From: Octopus sinensis
Lineage: Eukaryota
DNA length: 64,000 nt
NCBI RefSeq assembly: GCF_006345805.1
Contig: NC_043009.1
Location: 50,468,001-50,532,000 of the forward strand
Reading direction: 5' to 3'
Every line of letters starts with the position of its first letter. The first letter of the stretch is position 1. Made by a program: the position numbers and the translations under genes. Below the pieces are notes generated by a model. That model made no database searches. It was not told the origin of the DNA and saw only the letters and a program-made list of their open reading frames with translations. Positions 39,875-52,828 of this stretch are shown here, one piece after another.

Positions 39875-40115
39875 TATATATGTATGTGTGTACATGTTTG
39901 TGTCTCTGTGTTTGTCCCCCCAACATCGCTTGACAACTGATGCTGGTGTGTTTACATCCCTGTAACTTAGCAGTTCGGCAAAAGAGACCAATAAAATAAG
40001 TACTGGGCTTACAAAGAATAAGTCCTGGGGTCGATTTGCTCGACTCAAGGCGGTGCTCCAGCATGGCCACAGTCAAATGACTGAAACAAGTAAAAGAGTA
40101 AAAGAGAAAAGAGTA
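39814..40115 (+). mobile_element. 5'-truncated SINE family A
   Basis: Body and tail match the consensus. The copy starts inside a (TAC)n tract. Confidence 0.88.
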
Positions 40116-40913
40116 CATCACATTCCTGATACCTGAGAAAAGTTAGCAAATGAAGTTACTTCTTGCATGAATACTTCACCTTCAAGAAAGAGCAGCCAAA
40201 TCTCACCAAAACACATCCTAACTGTCTTAAAAAAGACACATTAGATTAAGTACTTTTAGATATACTACAACACACTGATCAAGATTTGAACATGGAATAT
40301 AGAGGAATAGGACAAAGTATGGACATAGTGCCACCCTAGATTCATATATTGATTTCTAACATAAACACAAGGTTGCAAATTTGGGTAGATTATAATCAGA
40401 TATAGTCTGACTCCATTATTTGACCGGTACTTATTTTATTGACCTTTGAAGGATGAAAGGCAAAGTTGACCATGGTAAGGTTTGAACTCAGAATGTAAAT
40501 GGCAGTAACTAAATGCACTCCAATGACTGTCAATCTCTGTCCTAATATACTGTCTTAATACTAACATACTGAAGAATGATAACCATTAAGGAGTTCCTAT
40601 GCGTTGTTGTTGAGCTGAGTTAACAAGTAACACATTTTTATCCATACACACAAACATGTACACACACACACAAGGGCAGACAAACACGCACACTTATACA
40701 CATAAAGAAACAGCTGAACAACCCAATACTTCAGTATAGGAAAAGTATTCACTTTACAAGAGATAGGTGAAATGTAAGAACAACGTATAAACATCGTATT
40801 GTTAATTCATAGTGATGTGTTGAAAATCAACTTTGAAATTAATTTCCATTTATCACAATTATTTTTCATTGTTCTTAGATTGAGTCATTAGTCATTGTTC
40901 TTACACTCAACAA

Positions 40914-41135
40914 CCCTTTCGTGATTATATTTCTAATGAGTAGACTGCTGCCTATGTGTTTCAATTAATTTTCAATTTGGAGGGATTTAGTAAAATATCT
41001 GTAACTTTATATATTGGTAAATTATGGATGATATCTCACGATATCATTTACTTCATAATGAGATTTTGTTCAGATTTTAATTTAGATATGAATACTTTAG
41101 TGCAGGCAGTCTCAGGTGGGTTAATATAAAAAGGA
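40914..41135. mobile_element. piggyBac-like MITE (family 1), inverted and diverged
   Basis: CCCTTTCGTG ... AAAAGGA TTAA. Interior is the reverse complement of the 12982 and 52040 copies. Confidence 0.6.
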
Positions 41136-41806
41136 TTAACTCTTTTGTATAGCCTAATTGCAAATTCTATATGGCGATATTATTTCCTTGTTTAAACAGG
41201 TTTCAATTATACATTAAGAATTGTGTTGACAGCTTAAGTTACAAACAACAGTGAAATTTCAAAGTAATTTGTATAACAACATTATTATAATTATGTATAT
41301 TAGGAAAGGTGAAATGGCTAAATGAATATGATATCAATGATTAAGTGAAGATTTATAGCTTTTCCTCAACATTTCAATGAAAGAATTTATTGCCCTGCTC
41401 ACTGAGCTGTAAAGACTATGCACTGAATTTTTTGGCAATGATAACTCTAATAGTGTGACATCAGAGCCAAACAGTAATTTTTCCTTTTATCTCACATCTA
41501 TTTCTATGGCTACACATAAATTAAAGAAAAAAATAAAATGGAACAACAATAGACATTTTGCATTGTCCTCAGACCACTAGTTTAACTTGAATGCTAACAA
41601 CAGCAAAAGCCCTAATAAAAGCACTCAAGGAACAAGTGGTGCTATCAACCCAAGTGATGAGTTAAGTCTATCACATCAAAACTCATACAGTTCATCTGAC
41701 AGGCTTCCATATAGTTTCCTTTGATCCATTTCTCAATGACGAGATCATTTTTAAATACATATATATCATTATTATAATCATCATCATTATTATTATTATT
41801 ATTATT

Positions 41807-42361
41807 GAGCGAGAGAGCAGTTCATGCCATCAAAGTGACACTGGGGTACAAATATACGAAGCCCAATATACCCATCATGACTACCCGTCTGATAAGGGTA
41901 CACCAGGCACATGCATCACAACCAAATGTGTGCGGCATGGTGATCTCATATCAAGATAAACTGCACATGACCTTGCAGTTGGGGCCCAGTTAGAATTTTC
42001 TTCAGGTTGAGTAGCCCATCCCGCTCAAACGGTCCCTGAATAAGGGTTGTTTAAGGATGTTGAAAAAACCACCCATGTTTCCAGAGGTGAATTATTCAAA
42101 CCACAACGAATCCCTCTCAACACATGGCTATGATGCTCCCCCACTACTTCTGCTCGTGATCAGAGATGCACATATCGTCAGCCACTAAGGGACATGCTCA
42201 ACTGGTTAAGGTCAAACAACTGACAAGCAAATCTGTGGTATTGAGCAGAATATTTGCTGTAGCCCATCTTTTATACCAAGACAAAACAATGTACATGATA
42301 ACACTTCCAATCAGTTAAGATCAGAAGCCATGAGAGCCACTGCCTGGTACTGCATCAGGGC
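41807..42361 (-). mobile_element. ~555-bp non-coding element embedded in (TAA)n
   Basis: A block of higher GC content with (ATT)n immediately on both sides (41786-41806, 42362-42404). No ORF or TIR. Strand is inferred from the (AAT)n tail polarity. Confidence 0.6.
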
Positions 42362-42404
<43 letters not shown>

Positions 42405-42559
42405 TTCTTTATAGGTGCAGGAGTGGCTGTGTGGTAAGAAGCTTACTTCTCAACTACCTACTGCATGGGACCTCGGGCTGACCAAAGCCTTGTGAGTGGA
42501 TTTGGTACCCAGAAACTGAAAGATCATCATATATAAAAAGCAGTATTTCATCTTGTTGT

Positions 42560-42708
42560 TACATTCAGAGTTCAAATTCTACTGAGGTCGATTTTGCCTT
42601 TTATCTTTTTGAGGGTTGATAAATTAAGTACCAGTCGAGCACTGGGGTCGATGTAATTGACTAGTCCCCTCCCACCAAATTTCATGCCTTGTACCTTTTG
42701 TAGAAAGG

Positions 42709-42712
<4 letters not shown>
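42560..42712 (+). mobile_element. 5'-truncated SINE family B variant
   Basis: GAGTTCAAATTCTACTGAGGTCG...GTACCAGTCGAGCACTGGGGTCGATG, followed by an (ATT)n tail. Confidence 0.75.
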
Positions 42713-42742
<30 letters not shown>

Positions 42743-42761
42743 TATTATTATTATTATCTGA

Positions 42762-43090
42762 CAAGTGTGAAGGCACATGGCTCAGTGGTTAGGGCATTGG
42801 GCTCACTATCATGAGATAGTGAGCTCGATTTCCGGACCGGTTCGTGTGCTGCGTTCTTGAGCAAGACACTTTATTTCATGTTGCTCTGGTTCACTCAGCT
42901 GTAGAAATGAGTTGCGAAGTCATGGTGTCAAGCTGTATTGGCCTTTCAATAACATCGGTGGTGTGGAGAGGAGAGACTTGTATGCATGAGTGACTGCTGG
43001 TCTTCCATAAGCAACCTTGCCCAGACTTGCACCTTGGAGGGGAACTTCCAAAGTGTCATCCCAAGGTAATTCATGACAGAAGGCAACCTT
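42762..43090 (+). mobile_element. SINE family E variant
   Basis: GGCACATGGCTCAGTGGTTAGGGCATTGG head and TTCTTGAGCAAGACACTTTATTTC core. Confidence 0.75.
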
Positions 43091-43103
43091 TACCCTTCCC
43101 TCT

Positions 43104-43252
43104 ATCATCATCATCATCGTTTAACATCTGCTTTCCATGCTAGCATGGGTTGGACGATTTTGACTGAGGGCTGGCGAACCAGATGGCTGCACCAGGCTCC
43201 AATCTTGATTCGGCAGAGTTTCTACAGCTGGATGCCCTTCCTAACGCCAACC
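43104..43252 (-). mobile_element. Family C (RTE-tail) short repeat
   Basis: (CAT)n-CGTTTAACATCTGCTTTCCATGCTAGCATGGGTTGGACG...GGATGCCCTTCCTAACGCCAACC. Confidence 0.8.
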
Positions 43253-43909
43253 TCTATCTGATTAATAATGTACTAATCTAACAAGGAAGGGTTGTAAGTA
43301 GGCTGTAATGTTTCTTTTTATCTCTCATCTATTTCTATGGCTACACGTTAGCTAAAGAAAAAAAAAAATGGTGCAGCAATAAACTTTTTGCATTGTGGTT
43401 TTTGGAAAGAAACTGAAACTCATGGGATGCTGTAACAGCCCTTTAAGATGTCCTCAGACCACTGGCCTAACTTGAATGTTAGCAATAGATTAAGCTCTGC
43501 TAAAGGCACTCAATTATTGTTGTTATTATAAGAAGTTTTGGAGGAAGCACATGAATTGGGAAGAAGCTAGAATGAAGTTCATTTCTATAGAAGAAAAACT
43601 GAGCAAAATGCATAAGAGAAAAGAGTGATGGACAATATGCCAGTGTATTATTAATAATTTCTTCTGCACTGTCTAACAAAATACTTAGTGGTATCTCCTT
43701 ACTTTCCTTTAAGTTACTAGTTCAAATTGACCAAGATTGTTTTTTTTTTTTTGCCTTTCATTCTTTTAAGATGAATGAAATGAGTATTAGTCAAGCATTG
43801 AGATTAATATAATTGACTAACAAAATTCCTCGGCTTATCATAACTGTAGGTTTTCCATATTTGATGTATTTCAGTTTTAGAATAGATACAGCACATCCTT
43901 ACTTGTTAT

Positions 43910-44294
43910 GGATATGGAAGCACTCTGTCGGTTACGACGACGAAGGTTCCGGTTGATCCGATCAACGGAACAGCCTGCTCATGAAATTAACATGTAAGTG
44001 GCTGAGCACTCCACAGACACGTGTACCCTTAACGCAGTTCTCGGGGATATTCAGCGTGACACAGAGAGTGACAATGCCGACCCTTTGAAATACAGGTACA
44101 ACAGAAACAGGAAGTAAGAGTGAGAGAAAGTTGTGGTGAAAGAGTACAGCAGGGATCACCACCATCCCTGCCAGAGCCTCGTGGAGCTTTAGGTGTTTTC
44201 GCTCAATAAACACTCACAACGCCCGGTCTGGGAATCGAAACCGCGATCCTACGACCGCGATTCCGCTGCCCTAACCACTGGGCCATTGCGCCTC
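43910..44294 (-). mobile_element. Young tRNA-derived SINE (family E lineage)
   Basis: tRNA-like head GGAGGCGCAATGGCCCAGTGGTTAGGGCAGCGG...GGTTTCGATTCCC, CpGs retained. 16-bp TSD CATCCTT(A/G)CTTGTTAT (43894-43909, 44295-44310). Confidence 0.92.
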
Positions 44295-45031
44295 CATCCT
44301 TGCTTGTTATAAGGGATTGGTGACAAGAAGGACTTCTGCTACAGGAAATTCTACTCGACATATGCCAGCTTAGAAAATACAATGATGAAAACAACAGTGA
44401 TGATGATGTTGATGATAATGATGATGATGATGATAACGATGACAATGAGGAAGAAAGATGAGAGAAGGCGAAGGAAGAGGATAAAAGCTAACAAAAATAT
44501 TGGTAAAATATTGAACTGAAGTTCCACTGTGTTAAGTTTTATTTCTATGTTCTGAGATTAACTTCCCTCTTCCTCATACTAAATCCAATTCAGTTGAGAG
44601 CACTCCCTATCTTTACACATTTGATTCTTGGTGCCAATGTAAGAAAGAAATCACTACTGCTACTGTTATGATCAATGTCATATTGCAGTAAACTAGCTCC
44701 ATGGACTTACTTGTGCCATATAGCTGACAATTATATCAGTAGATTCTCCTTTTTGATCTTCGTCAATTTTTTTTTTTCTGCATATAACTAATACAAAGAA
44801 TTTAAACTGATAAGGTGAGAAGTTTTTTTTTTTTTATTTATCTATTTATTTTTGTTTCATTCCTGCTGGAATAAGAATAACATTTTAGAAATATAAGTTG
44901 TCAACCCTTTCAAAACAACCATTTACATATTATAAAAGTCTTCTTTATCCTATTCCATTTACATGAGGCAAACAATTTTTTTTTTCTTACTGAATGAATC
45001 GAGCTTATCTTAATGCACATCAGAGTGGTTG

Positions 45032-45152
<121 letters not shown>

Positions 45153-45315
45153 GCATGTTTGTGTGTGTTTGTGTGAGTGATTTTTAGTTAAAGAGACAGA
45201 CAGACAAATGCATGGTGCAGTTGTGAGAAGTGTTTGTAAACATGTGTTGACATTGAATCTTTGGAGAGGTTAAGTTGACTTTACTACTACTACTACTACT
45301 ACTACTACAACTACA

Positions 45316-45348
<33 letters not shown>

Positions 45349-45728
45349 GCTGCTGCGTTGATGACTATAATCGACATTTCAACATCATACCTACTGATAT
45401 AAGTAAGACACATAACTATCAAAGTAGTGTCAACTGTTGACATTCTTTACAAGTGAAGAATATTGAACAAATAACACAGCTTCTTTCTATTAGAGCACAG
45501 AAATGTATTAGACAATATGGTTTTTCACCTATGTACATACACAAACACACATACACATAAAACAGAAATACAAACACACTAATCCAACAGTTCACACAAC
45601 CATAAACATTTACAAACACAAGCATACATGCTGAGACGCACAACCATAAACACACAAACATACACTAGAGAGCCCGCATATAAAACCATAAACTTATAAC
45701 AATAAACCCACACAGAAACAACAACCTG

Positions 45729-45731
<3 letters not shown>

Positions 45732-45818
<87 letters not shown>
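45732..45818. repeat. Long (CA)n microsatellite
   Basis: Direct reading. Confidence 0.95.
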
Positions 45819-45823
<5 letters not shown>

Positions 45824-46167
45824 CAAAATGTGATAAGACTTTACTGCTGTATATTCTTAGAAAAATAAAAACTTCACTGTAGATTAGAATGTTAAAATGT
45901 TATTATTCTCACTATTATTACATAACCAATACTATTATCATCATCATCATCATTTACATTATCGTCCATGGCAAGGAAATTTTCAACATGGAAAGAGAAA
46001 ATGTAAAACATTCAGGAGGAAATTTGTTTAAGCTAATGTAATCAATATTCTCTGATGTCGTCTTCATAATCAATGTGAAATGATGTCTTAGAAAATTTCA
46101 TGTACACCGTTTTACGTGGACTATAGCACTTGGGATTTGAGACCAGTGATCTGTTTCTGTAGTAGCT

Positions 46168-46430
46168 AGGGGATGACAATGTTATTGATAATGATGATGA
46201 TGGAGGTAATGATGAAGATAGCGATAATGATGATGACGATGACAAAAATGACATTGATGAGGAGGAGGATGATGATGATGATTACAGTGTTGACAAGGAT
46301 AACAATGAGGACATTAATGATGATGATTATGATATTATTGATGATCACAATAAAGATGTTGATAATAGCAATGATGGAGACAATGATGACAACAGTGGCA
46401 AATTCGATGGTAAAGAGGATAACAGGGGTA
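46168..46430. repeat. Decayed (GAT/AAT)n low-complexity triplet tract
   Basis: Triplet periodicity is maintained for about 260 bp. Similar tracts at 33230-33345 and 44390-44450. Confidence 0.8.
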
Positions 46431-46609
46431 ATATAAGAAATTGCAGATTAACACAGCTATAGCTAAAACAAATGCTGTAAATGTTTATATCATGAGAAAA
46501 ACCGATTAAATCATAAACATCCTCATTGTTTTAACATCTATTTCACCATGCTTGCATAAATCACAGAGAATTTGTTGAGGTGGATTTTCTGTGGCTGGAT
46601 GTCTTCCCA

Positions 46610-47187
46610 ATTTCTTTATTGCCCACAAGGGGCTAAACATAAAGGGGACAAACAAGGACAGACAAAGGGATTAAGTCGATTACATCGACCCCAGTGCATA
46701 ACTGGTACTTAATTTATTGAACCCGAAAGGATGAAATGCAAAGTTGACCTCGGCGGAATTTGAACTCAGAACGTAATGGCAGACGAAATACCTATTTCTT
46801 TACTACCCACAAGGGGCTAAACACAGAAGGGACAAACAAGGACAGACAAACGGATTAAGTAGATTATATCGACCCCAGTGTGTAACTGGTACTTAATTTA
46901 TCGACCCCGAAAGGATGAAATGCAAAGTCGACCTCAGTGGAATTTGAACTCAGACGAAATACCTATTTCTTTACTACCCACAAGGGGCTAAACACAGAAG
47001 GGACAAACAAGGACAGACAAACGGATTAAGTAGATTATATCGACCCCAGTGCATAACTGGTACTTATTCAATCGACCCCGAAAGGATGAAAGGCAAAGTC
47101 GACCTCGGCAGAATTTGAACTCAGAACGTAACGTCAGACGGAACCATGTGGTTGGTAAACAAGCTACTTACCACACAGCCACTCCTG
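46610..47187 (-). mobile_element. Head-to-tail trimer of SINE B bodies capped by a family A head
   Basis: Units 46610-46791, 46792-46962 and 46963-47140 with the same GAAATAC|CTATTTC junction. 47141-47187 is a family A head. Confidence 0.88.
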
Positions 47188-47477
47188 AATATAACCACAT
47201 CATCATCATTTAGCATCCAGTTCGACAGGATCTGGCAGGTTAGAGGACTGTCAAGTCCCACTGTCTGTTTTGGCATGGTTTCTATGGCTCTGTCTCTCTC
47301 TCTCACTCTTTCTCTTAATATATATACATACAGACATATTAATGTGTGTTTGATGTCAAGTTATTTAGAGCAAGCAATTTAACATTTAACTGAAGAATTA
47401 ATACTTTTAGTAGAGTACATATTTATCAACTTTTATAAGGAAAAAGTTGACAGTCCATCATTATCATTTAATGTCCA

Positions 47478-47895
47478 TAGGCGCGGAAGTGGCTGTGTGG
47501 TAAGTAGCTTGTTTACCAACCACATGATTTCGGGTTCAGTCCCACTGCATGGCACCTTGGGCAAGTGTCTTCTACTATAGCATCAGGCCGACCAAAGCCT
47601 TGTGAGTTGATGTGGTAGACGGAAACGGAAAGAAGCCCGTCGTATATATGTATATATATATATGCGTGTGTGTGTTTGTGTGTCTGTGTTTGTCCCCCTA
47701 GCATTGCTTGACAACCGATGCTGGTGTGTTTATGTCCCTGTTACTTAGCGGTTCGGCAAAAGAGACCGATAGAATAAGTACAGGGCTTACAAAAGAATAA
47801 GTTCCGGGGTCGAGTTGCTCGATTAAAGGCGGTGCTCCAGCATGGCCGCAGTCAAATGACTGAAACAAGTAAAAGAGTAAGAAGAGTAAAGAGAG
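47478..47895 (+). mobile_element. SINE family A, full length
   Basis: Complete head to tail. Confidence 0.9.
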
Positions 47896-48706
47896 TGACT
47901 TTGAAGTCTTGGCTTACCCACCTTCATCATACAATTGCTTCCTAAGGTTCTTTTTGTCTCTATAAAGTCTGAATAAAAAAGCTTTGCATGTGTGCATGCA
48001 TGCATGTATGTTTGTGTGTGCACACTTGCATAGCTATCTATAGCCATTTTCCTATTTACCTTGACATTAATTAATCCTTTAAGTAATTAAAATGATGATG
48101 AGCAAATTCTAAATGTTTTTGTACTTAGTGCCAATAAAACAAGCTGGTTCAGCTGTTTTCTTTCATAACCTGAGGGCAAATAGTGTTGCTGTGTGGTTAA
48201 GAAGAGCATTTCTCAACCATTTCGTTTCAAGTTCATTCCTTCTATTTGGCACTGTGAGCAATTGTCTTCTCTTCGTGAGCAGAATTTGAAGATGCAAATT
48301 GTAAAAAGCCCCATCTGTGCATGTGTGTTTTCTTTTTTGGTGTGTGTGTGTGTGTTTGTTTTCTTTTTGGTTGTGTGTGCATGTGCATGCATGTTTGTGC
48401 ATGTCTTCTTTTTGTTTTGACATTGTATACTGCATAGACAATGTCACCATCGTATAAACAAATGCATTACATGCATGTATTGCAAAAGCATGTCCAGTCA
48501 CTGAGCTGTTCATCATTCAAAAACCCAGTGAGAATAGTATCTCACTTGGAAACAAATGAGGTTTGGTGACAGGAAGGGCATCCAGCCATAGAAAAATTGC
48601 TTCAATAAGTCTTGACTAAGGCATTCTGGCATGGAAAAGTGAATGCTAAAACAAGGATTATGATAAGGATGATAATGATGGCATGTGTGCATGTGTATGT
48701 GTGTGT

Positions 48707-48745
<39 letters not shown>

Positions 48746-49524
48746 TTTATGTGTGTACATGTACCCTAGAGTGCTTGTGCATGAGTAAATATAAATATAT
48801 GTTTGTAAGTGGTTCTTTACTGCATTGGATCAATATTTTTACAGAAATCTGTACTATCACATTTCCCAGGTTCTCAAGATTCAGGATTCAGCTGTCCAGA
48901 TTATTAATCTAAATGTATAAAAATAATATGTTTTCAGCAAATCCAAATGCTGCGATAGCCAAATTGAGCAAAACTGCAGTCTGTTGTGTGTTTCTGAAAT
49001 TAATTGCAATGTAATAATGTTTAGCCAGTGTCTAGGATGAGGCAGGAAGTGTTAAACAACTTGCCTGAAGACAGTAATACCTTCATGGGATATGAATCAA
49101 TGACAAATAAGCTGAGAAGCTAAACACCTGACCCATTTGACCATGGTGTCTTTGCTCACCTAGAGAGAGAGAGAGAGAGCGAGGTAAGTGGGGAGGAATA
49201 ATATAACCAAGGAATGACACAGAGAGAGGGAGATATACAACAGAAGTCTAATGGTGGGTGTTGGGTAGAAGAATGAATCAAAACAGGGGACGAAAAATGA
49301 CAGTAAAGTAGGACAGCAGAATGAGAACAAGGCAGCAGATAGGAGTAGAAGAGCAGAACAAGTGTAGTTTAATGACACTAGAGTTACAAATTAGACAATA
49401 TATTTATAGAGAAACAAGAAATAAATTTATAAACAGAATGAAACAAATGATTAAGTAAAGATGTAAAATGATGCAAAATTTTAAATTCATAAAGAAGTGG
49501 CATTTTTAATACTTTTACCCACAG

Positions 49525-49535
49525 AAACCGAGAAG
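49525..49535 (+). other. Candidate 11-nt microexon
   Basis: catttttaatacttttacccacag|AAACCGAGAAG|gtaagc. Confidence 0.35.
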
Positions 49536-50683
49536 GTAAGCTTTGTTAGCTGTGACTATAAACTGCTATTGATTCCTTGTTACATTGGCAGGGGGATTCC
49601 TTAAGCTCCTTGGCTTTAATTATATTCTTGGCAAAGAACATGAATATCACAATTTCTCATTCCTTTCCTATTAAGAATCTCAAACACCGTGACTATATAT
49701 GCACCAAGATTATGTTATATAAGTCTTACAACTAGCAAAGTGTTCTGACTAGCATGAAGAATATATATATATATACAAAAAATATGTTTTTAAGAAATAA
49801 TTTTTTTTTATATGATACAGACTTGTGTCTTCAATATTTTTTTCTGGTAGAAAGAAAAAACAAAAAAACTAATTTCACAGAATGCAGAGAAAATATGAAG
49901 AATAGTGATTTTTTTACAATGATTTATACAATGGTGAACTGGAGTGATATGGAGGGAATGGGATGAGAGAAGCAAATAACTAGCCACTTCCTCTGGCCAT
50001 GAATCCATTAAGTCAGCCAGTGTTTCAATCAGAGAATCTGCCATTTATATTCAATAAATTCACCCACTCAGAATCATAGGAGATGGTTTCTGAAATTTCC
50101 ATCCCAGAACAAATATTGAAAGAAAAAAAAATGGTGTAGGTGGTGGTGGGTCAGAAAGAAAGAAAGAAAGCAAGAAAGGATTTGCTCACAAAGATATGAT
50201 TTACAACAGAAATGTGCATGTGTGCACAAATGATTGGGAGTGGGTTGGCAAAGAATGTTCATGTCCAATAGCTCCTGGCTATGTGGAGTCATGGAACAAA
50301 TTGACCAGTACAAATTACAGACATTGGTCAAGGAGATTATGACAAATGCTGCTAGGATTTTCAGCTGCTAAAATTGTGATTTGTAGGCATGTGAACTAGC
50401 AGTAAGAGAGAGACAAAGAGAAAGAGAAAGAAAGAATAGCCATTACTAACTATCAGACCAAAGAAAATAAGTAGAGGGGCACTAACTTACCAAGCTAATT
50501 TAGACCCTCTCACCAAGAATCTCCAGCCTCAAGTCAAAGTGTCAGGATGCCAGTTACTAAAACTAACTATTAAATACTGTAAGGTCTCTAATTTCATGAC
50601 TCACCTGAGCGATGAAAATTCACAAATAAGCTTTCTACTAAGAATGAAAACCACACAGATCATCACATGGTAAACACATCCAC

Positions 50684-50714
<31 letters not shown>

Positions 50715-50751
50715 CATGCACATATACACACACACACAAACACACACACAC

Positions 50752-50790
<39 letters not shown>

Positions 50791-51361
50791 TATATTACCA
50801 CTTTCTTTTATTCCTGGTACAAAGAACATTCAAACATAGATTTTTGATTCATTTTCAGATTTAGAGTGAAAGCCAGCCAATTAGCAAAGAGTTATGGTTA
50901 GCTTATTCTAGCAATTTGAAATATGTTCCTAAGTGCATGTATGTGAAATATGTGTGCAAGTGAATGCATATGCATGCATGCATGCTTGTGAGTGTTATGT
51001 AGAAAATGGAGAGAACACATTGAAAACAACTTTTTACAGCAGTGCCATCAAGATTGTTCACCCACAAGTCTGGATGGCTTAATTTCGGAAAAGGTTTTGT
51101 TTTATTTGATTACAAGGTCAGATCCAAGATGATGCAGAACAACCCTGGCAAATATTAATTTCTCAGTGGTGCAGCAATGAACACAAGCTTAAACATCATT
51201 TAAAATACAATCAATTATTGAGTCTGCATCATGTGGACAACAGCTCGTTAATATATTCATTTTTATTTTTATTTCACTGACAACATTCTTTGCAATATTG
51301 GTGCTCTTGCATTGCTCATTTCAAAGCTATTATTACTACAGAAATTGCCATCATCGCCGAC

Positions 51362-51371
51362 AATAATAATA

Positions 51372-51444
<73 letters not shown>

Positions 51445-51475
51445 TAATAGTAATAATAATAACAACAACAATAAT
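51362..51475. repeat. (AAT)n microsatellite
   Basis: Direct reading. Confidence 0.95.
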
Positions 51476-52039
51476 TTCATAAATAAATTATTATTATTAT
51501 TATTGCAACCATTACTACAATTATTATGAATATTATAGTTGTTGTTGTTGTTGTTGTTGTTGTTTTACAAAGCCATAATAAAAACAGCTAACATTATTTA
51601 ATAGAATTCACTTTTTGTTAATTTAAAAAAATATGATAATAAAAAAAAAAAAGAAAACTAAGAAGCACATAAGAAGACAATATTTTTCACTTTAACAGCT
51701 TCTCTGATAACTCATTGTGAAAACAAAGCATGTACTATACTATTCACCAATTTCAGCTAAAAGAGGGGGGAAAAAAATGCAATATTACGTTTTCGTAGAA
51801 TTTTTGCACTGAAGAAGAGAAATGAATTCATGACAAATTGAATATTTATCAGAAAATGCAGATAATATTTAGACAGGTAATAACTAAACTTAAACTGGAT
51901 AGTTATCTTCAATAAAATCATTATTTATTCTATGCATATAGCATAATAACTCAGTTGAAATTCTGTCATATTAATACCAGTAGTATGATGAATATGGGGC
52001 CTACATTCAGCTATGTCCATCTTTATCCTTTGTGATTAA

Positions 52040-52268
52040 TCCTTTGAAACCAGCCTGCCTCAGACTACCCAAGGTTCTGTGATATAAACTTCCTGTTTTA
52101 AAGTGATCTAAATTAATTCTTCCCATAAAAACTTTTGTCTCACACACTAGTTTAATGATGATAAAGTTATTTTACTAAATTTTTCAGGATTTCACAATTA
52201 ATTGAAACAAAGTGGTGTATTTCAACAGGAATCGTTTAACGTCCGTTTTTCATGTGGTAATAAAAGAG
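52040..52268. mobile_element. piggyBac-like MITE (family 1), diverged
   Basis: TTAA (52036-52039) TCCTTTGAAAC ... AAAAGAG TTAA (52269-52272). Confidence 0.65.
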
Positions 52269-52517
52269 TTAATCAAGATGGCAGAAAGACGAAGGAGTTG
52301 CAATCATCATCATCATCATCATTTAACTTAAGGTACCAAGTGACAGATTAAGCCGACCACCACTTGTTCTTATTTGTTCCTTTTAGGAATTATACTCAAA
52401 ATATGACAAGGACATAACTAAATATTGGTTTTAAATTTTGGCACAATGCCAGTAATTTTGAGAAAGGGAGTTAGTCAATTACATCAACCCCAGTGATTGA
52501 CTGGTACTTATTTTATC

Positions 52518-52821
52518 ATCATCATCATCATCATTATCATTTAACATCCGTTTTCCATGCTAGCATGGGTTGGACGGTTCAACTGGGGTCTGGGAAGCCA
52601 GAAGGCTGCGCCAGGCTCCAGTCTGATCTGGCAGTGTTTCTACGGCTGGATGCCCTTCCTAACACCAACCACTCCATGAGTGTAGTGGGTGCTTTTTACG
52701 TGCCACCTGCATAGGTGTCAGATGAGGCTGGCAAACGGCCACGATCGGATGGTTGTTTTTTACGTGCCACCGGCACGGGGGCCAGAGACGAGGCTGGCAA
52801 CAGCCACAATCAGATGGTAGT
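52518..52821 (-). mobile_element. Family C / RTE 3'UTR fragment
   Basis: (CAT)n tail, then the reverse complement of the 2350-2640 RTE 3'UTR including its tandem repeats. Confidence 0.85.
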
Positions 52822-52828
52822 TATATTA

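Noticed and set aside
44220-44294. tRNA-like sequence
   Set aside because: It is a SINE head. It continues into the SINE body, is bounded by a 16-bp TSD, and lacks a matching acceptor stem and oligo-T terminator.
46168-46436. ATG-less D/N/E-rich open frame of about 90 codons after AG dinucleotides
   Set aside because: Decayed (GAT)n tracts give the same appearance elsewhere (33230-33345, 44390-44450), and there is no clear donor or homology.
49808-50089. ORF starting MADSLIETLADLMDSWPEEVASY after a plausible acceptor
   Set aside because: No convincing donor, the frame decays into A/T-run sequence, and no homolog is recognised.
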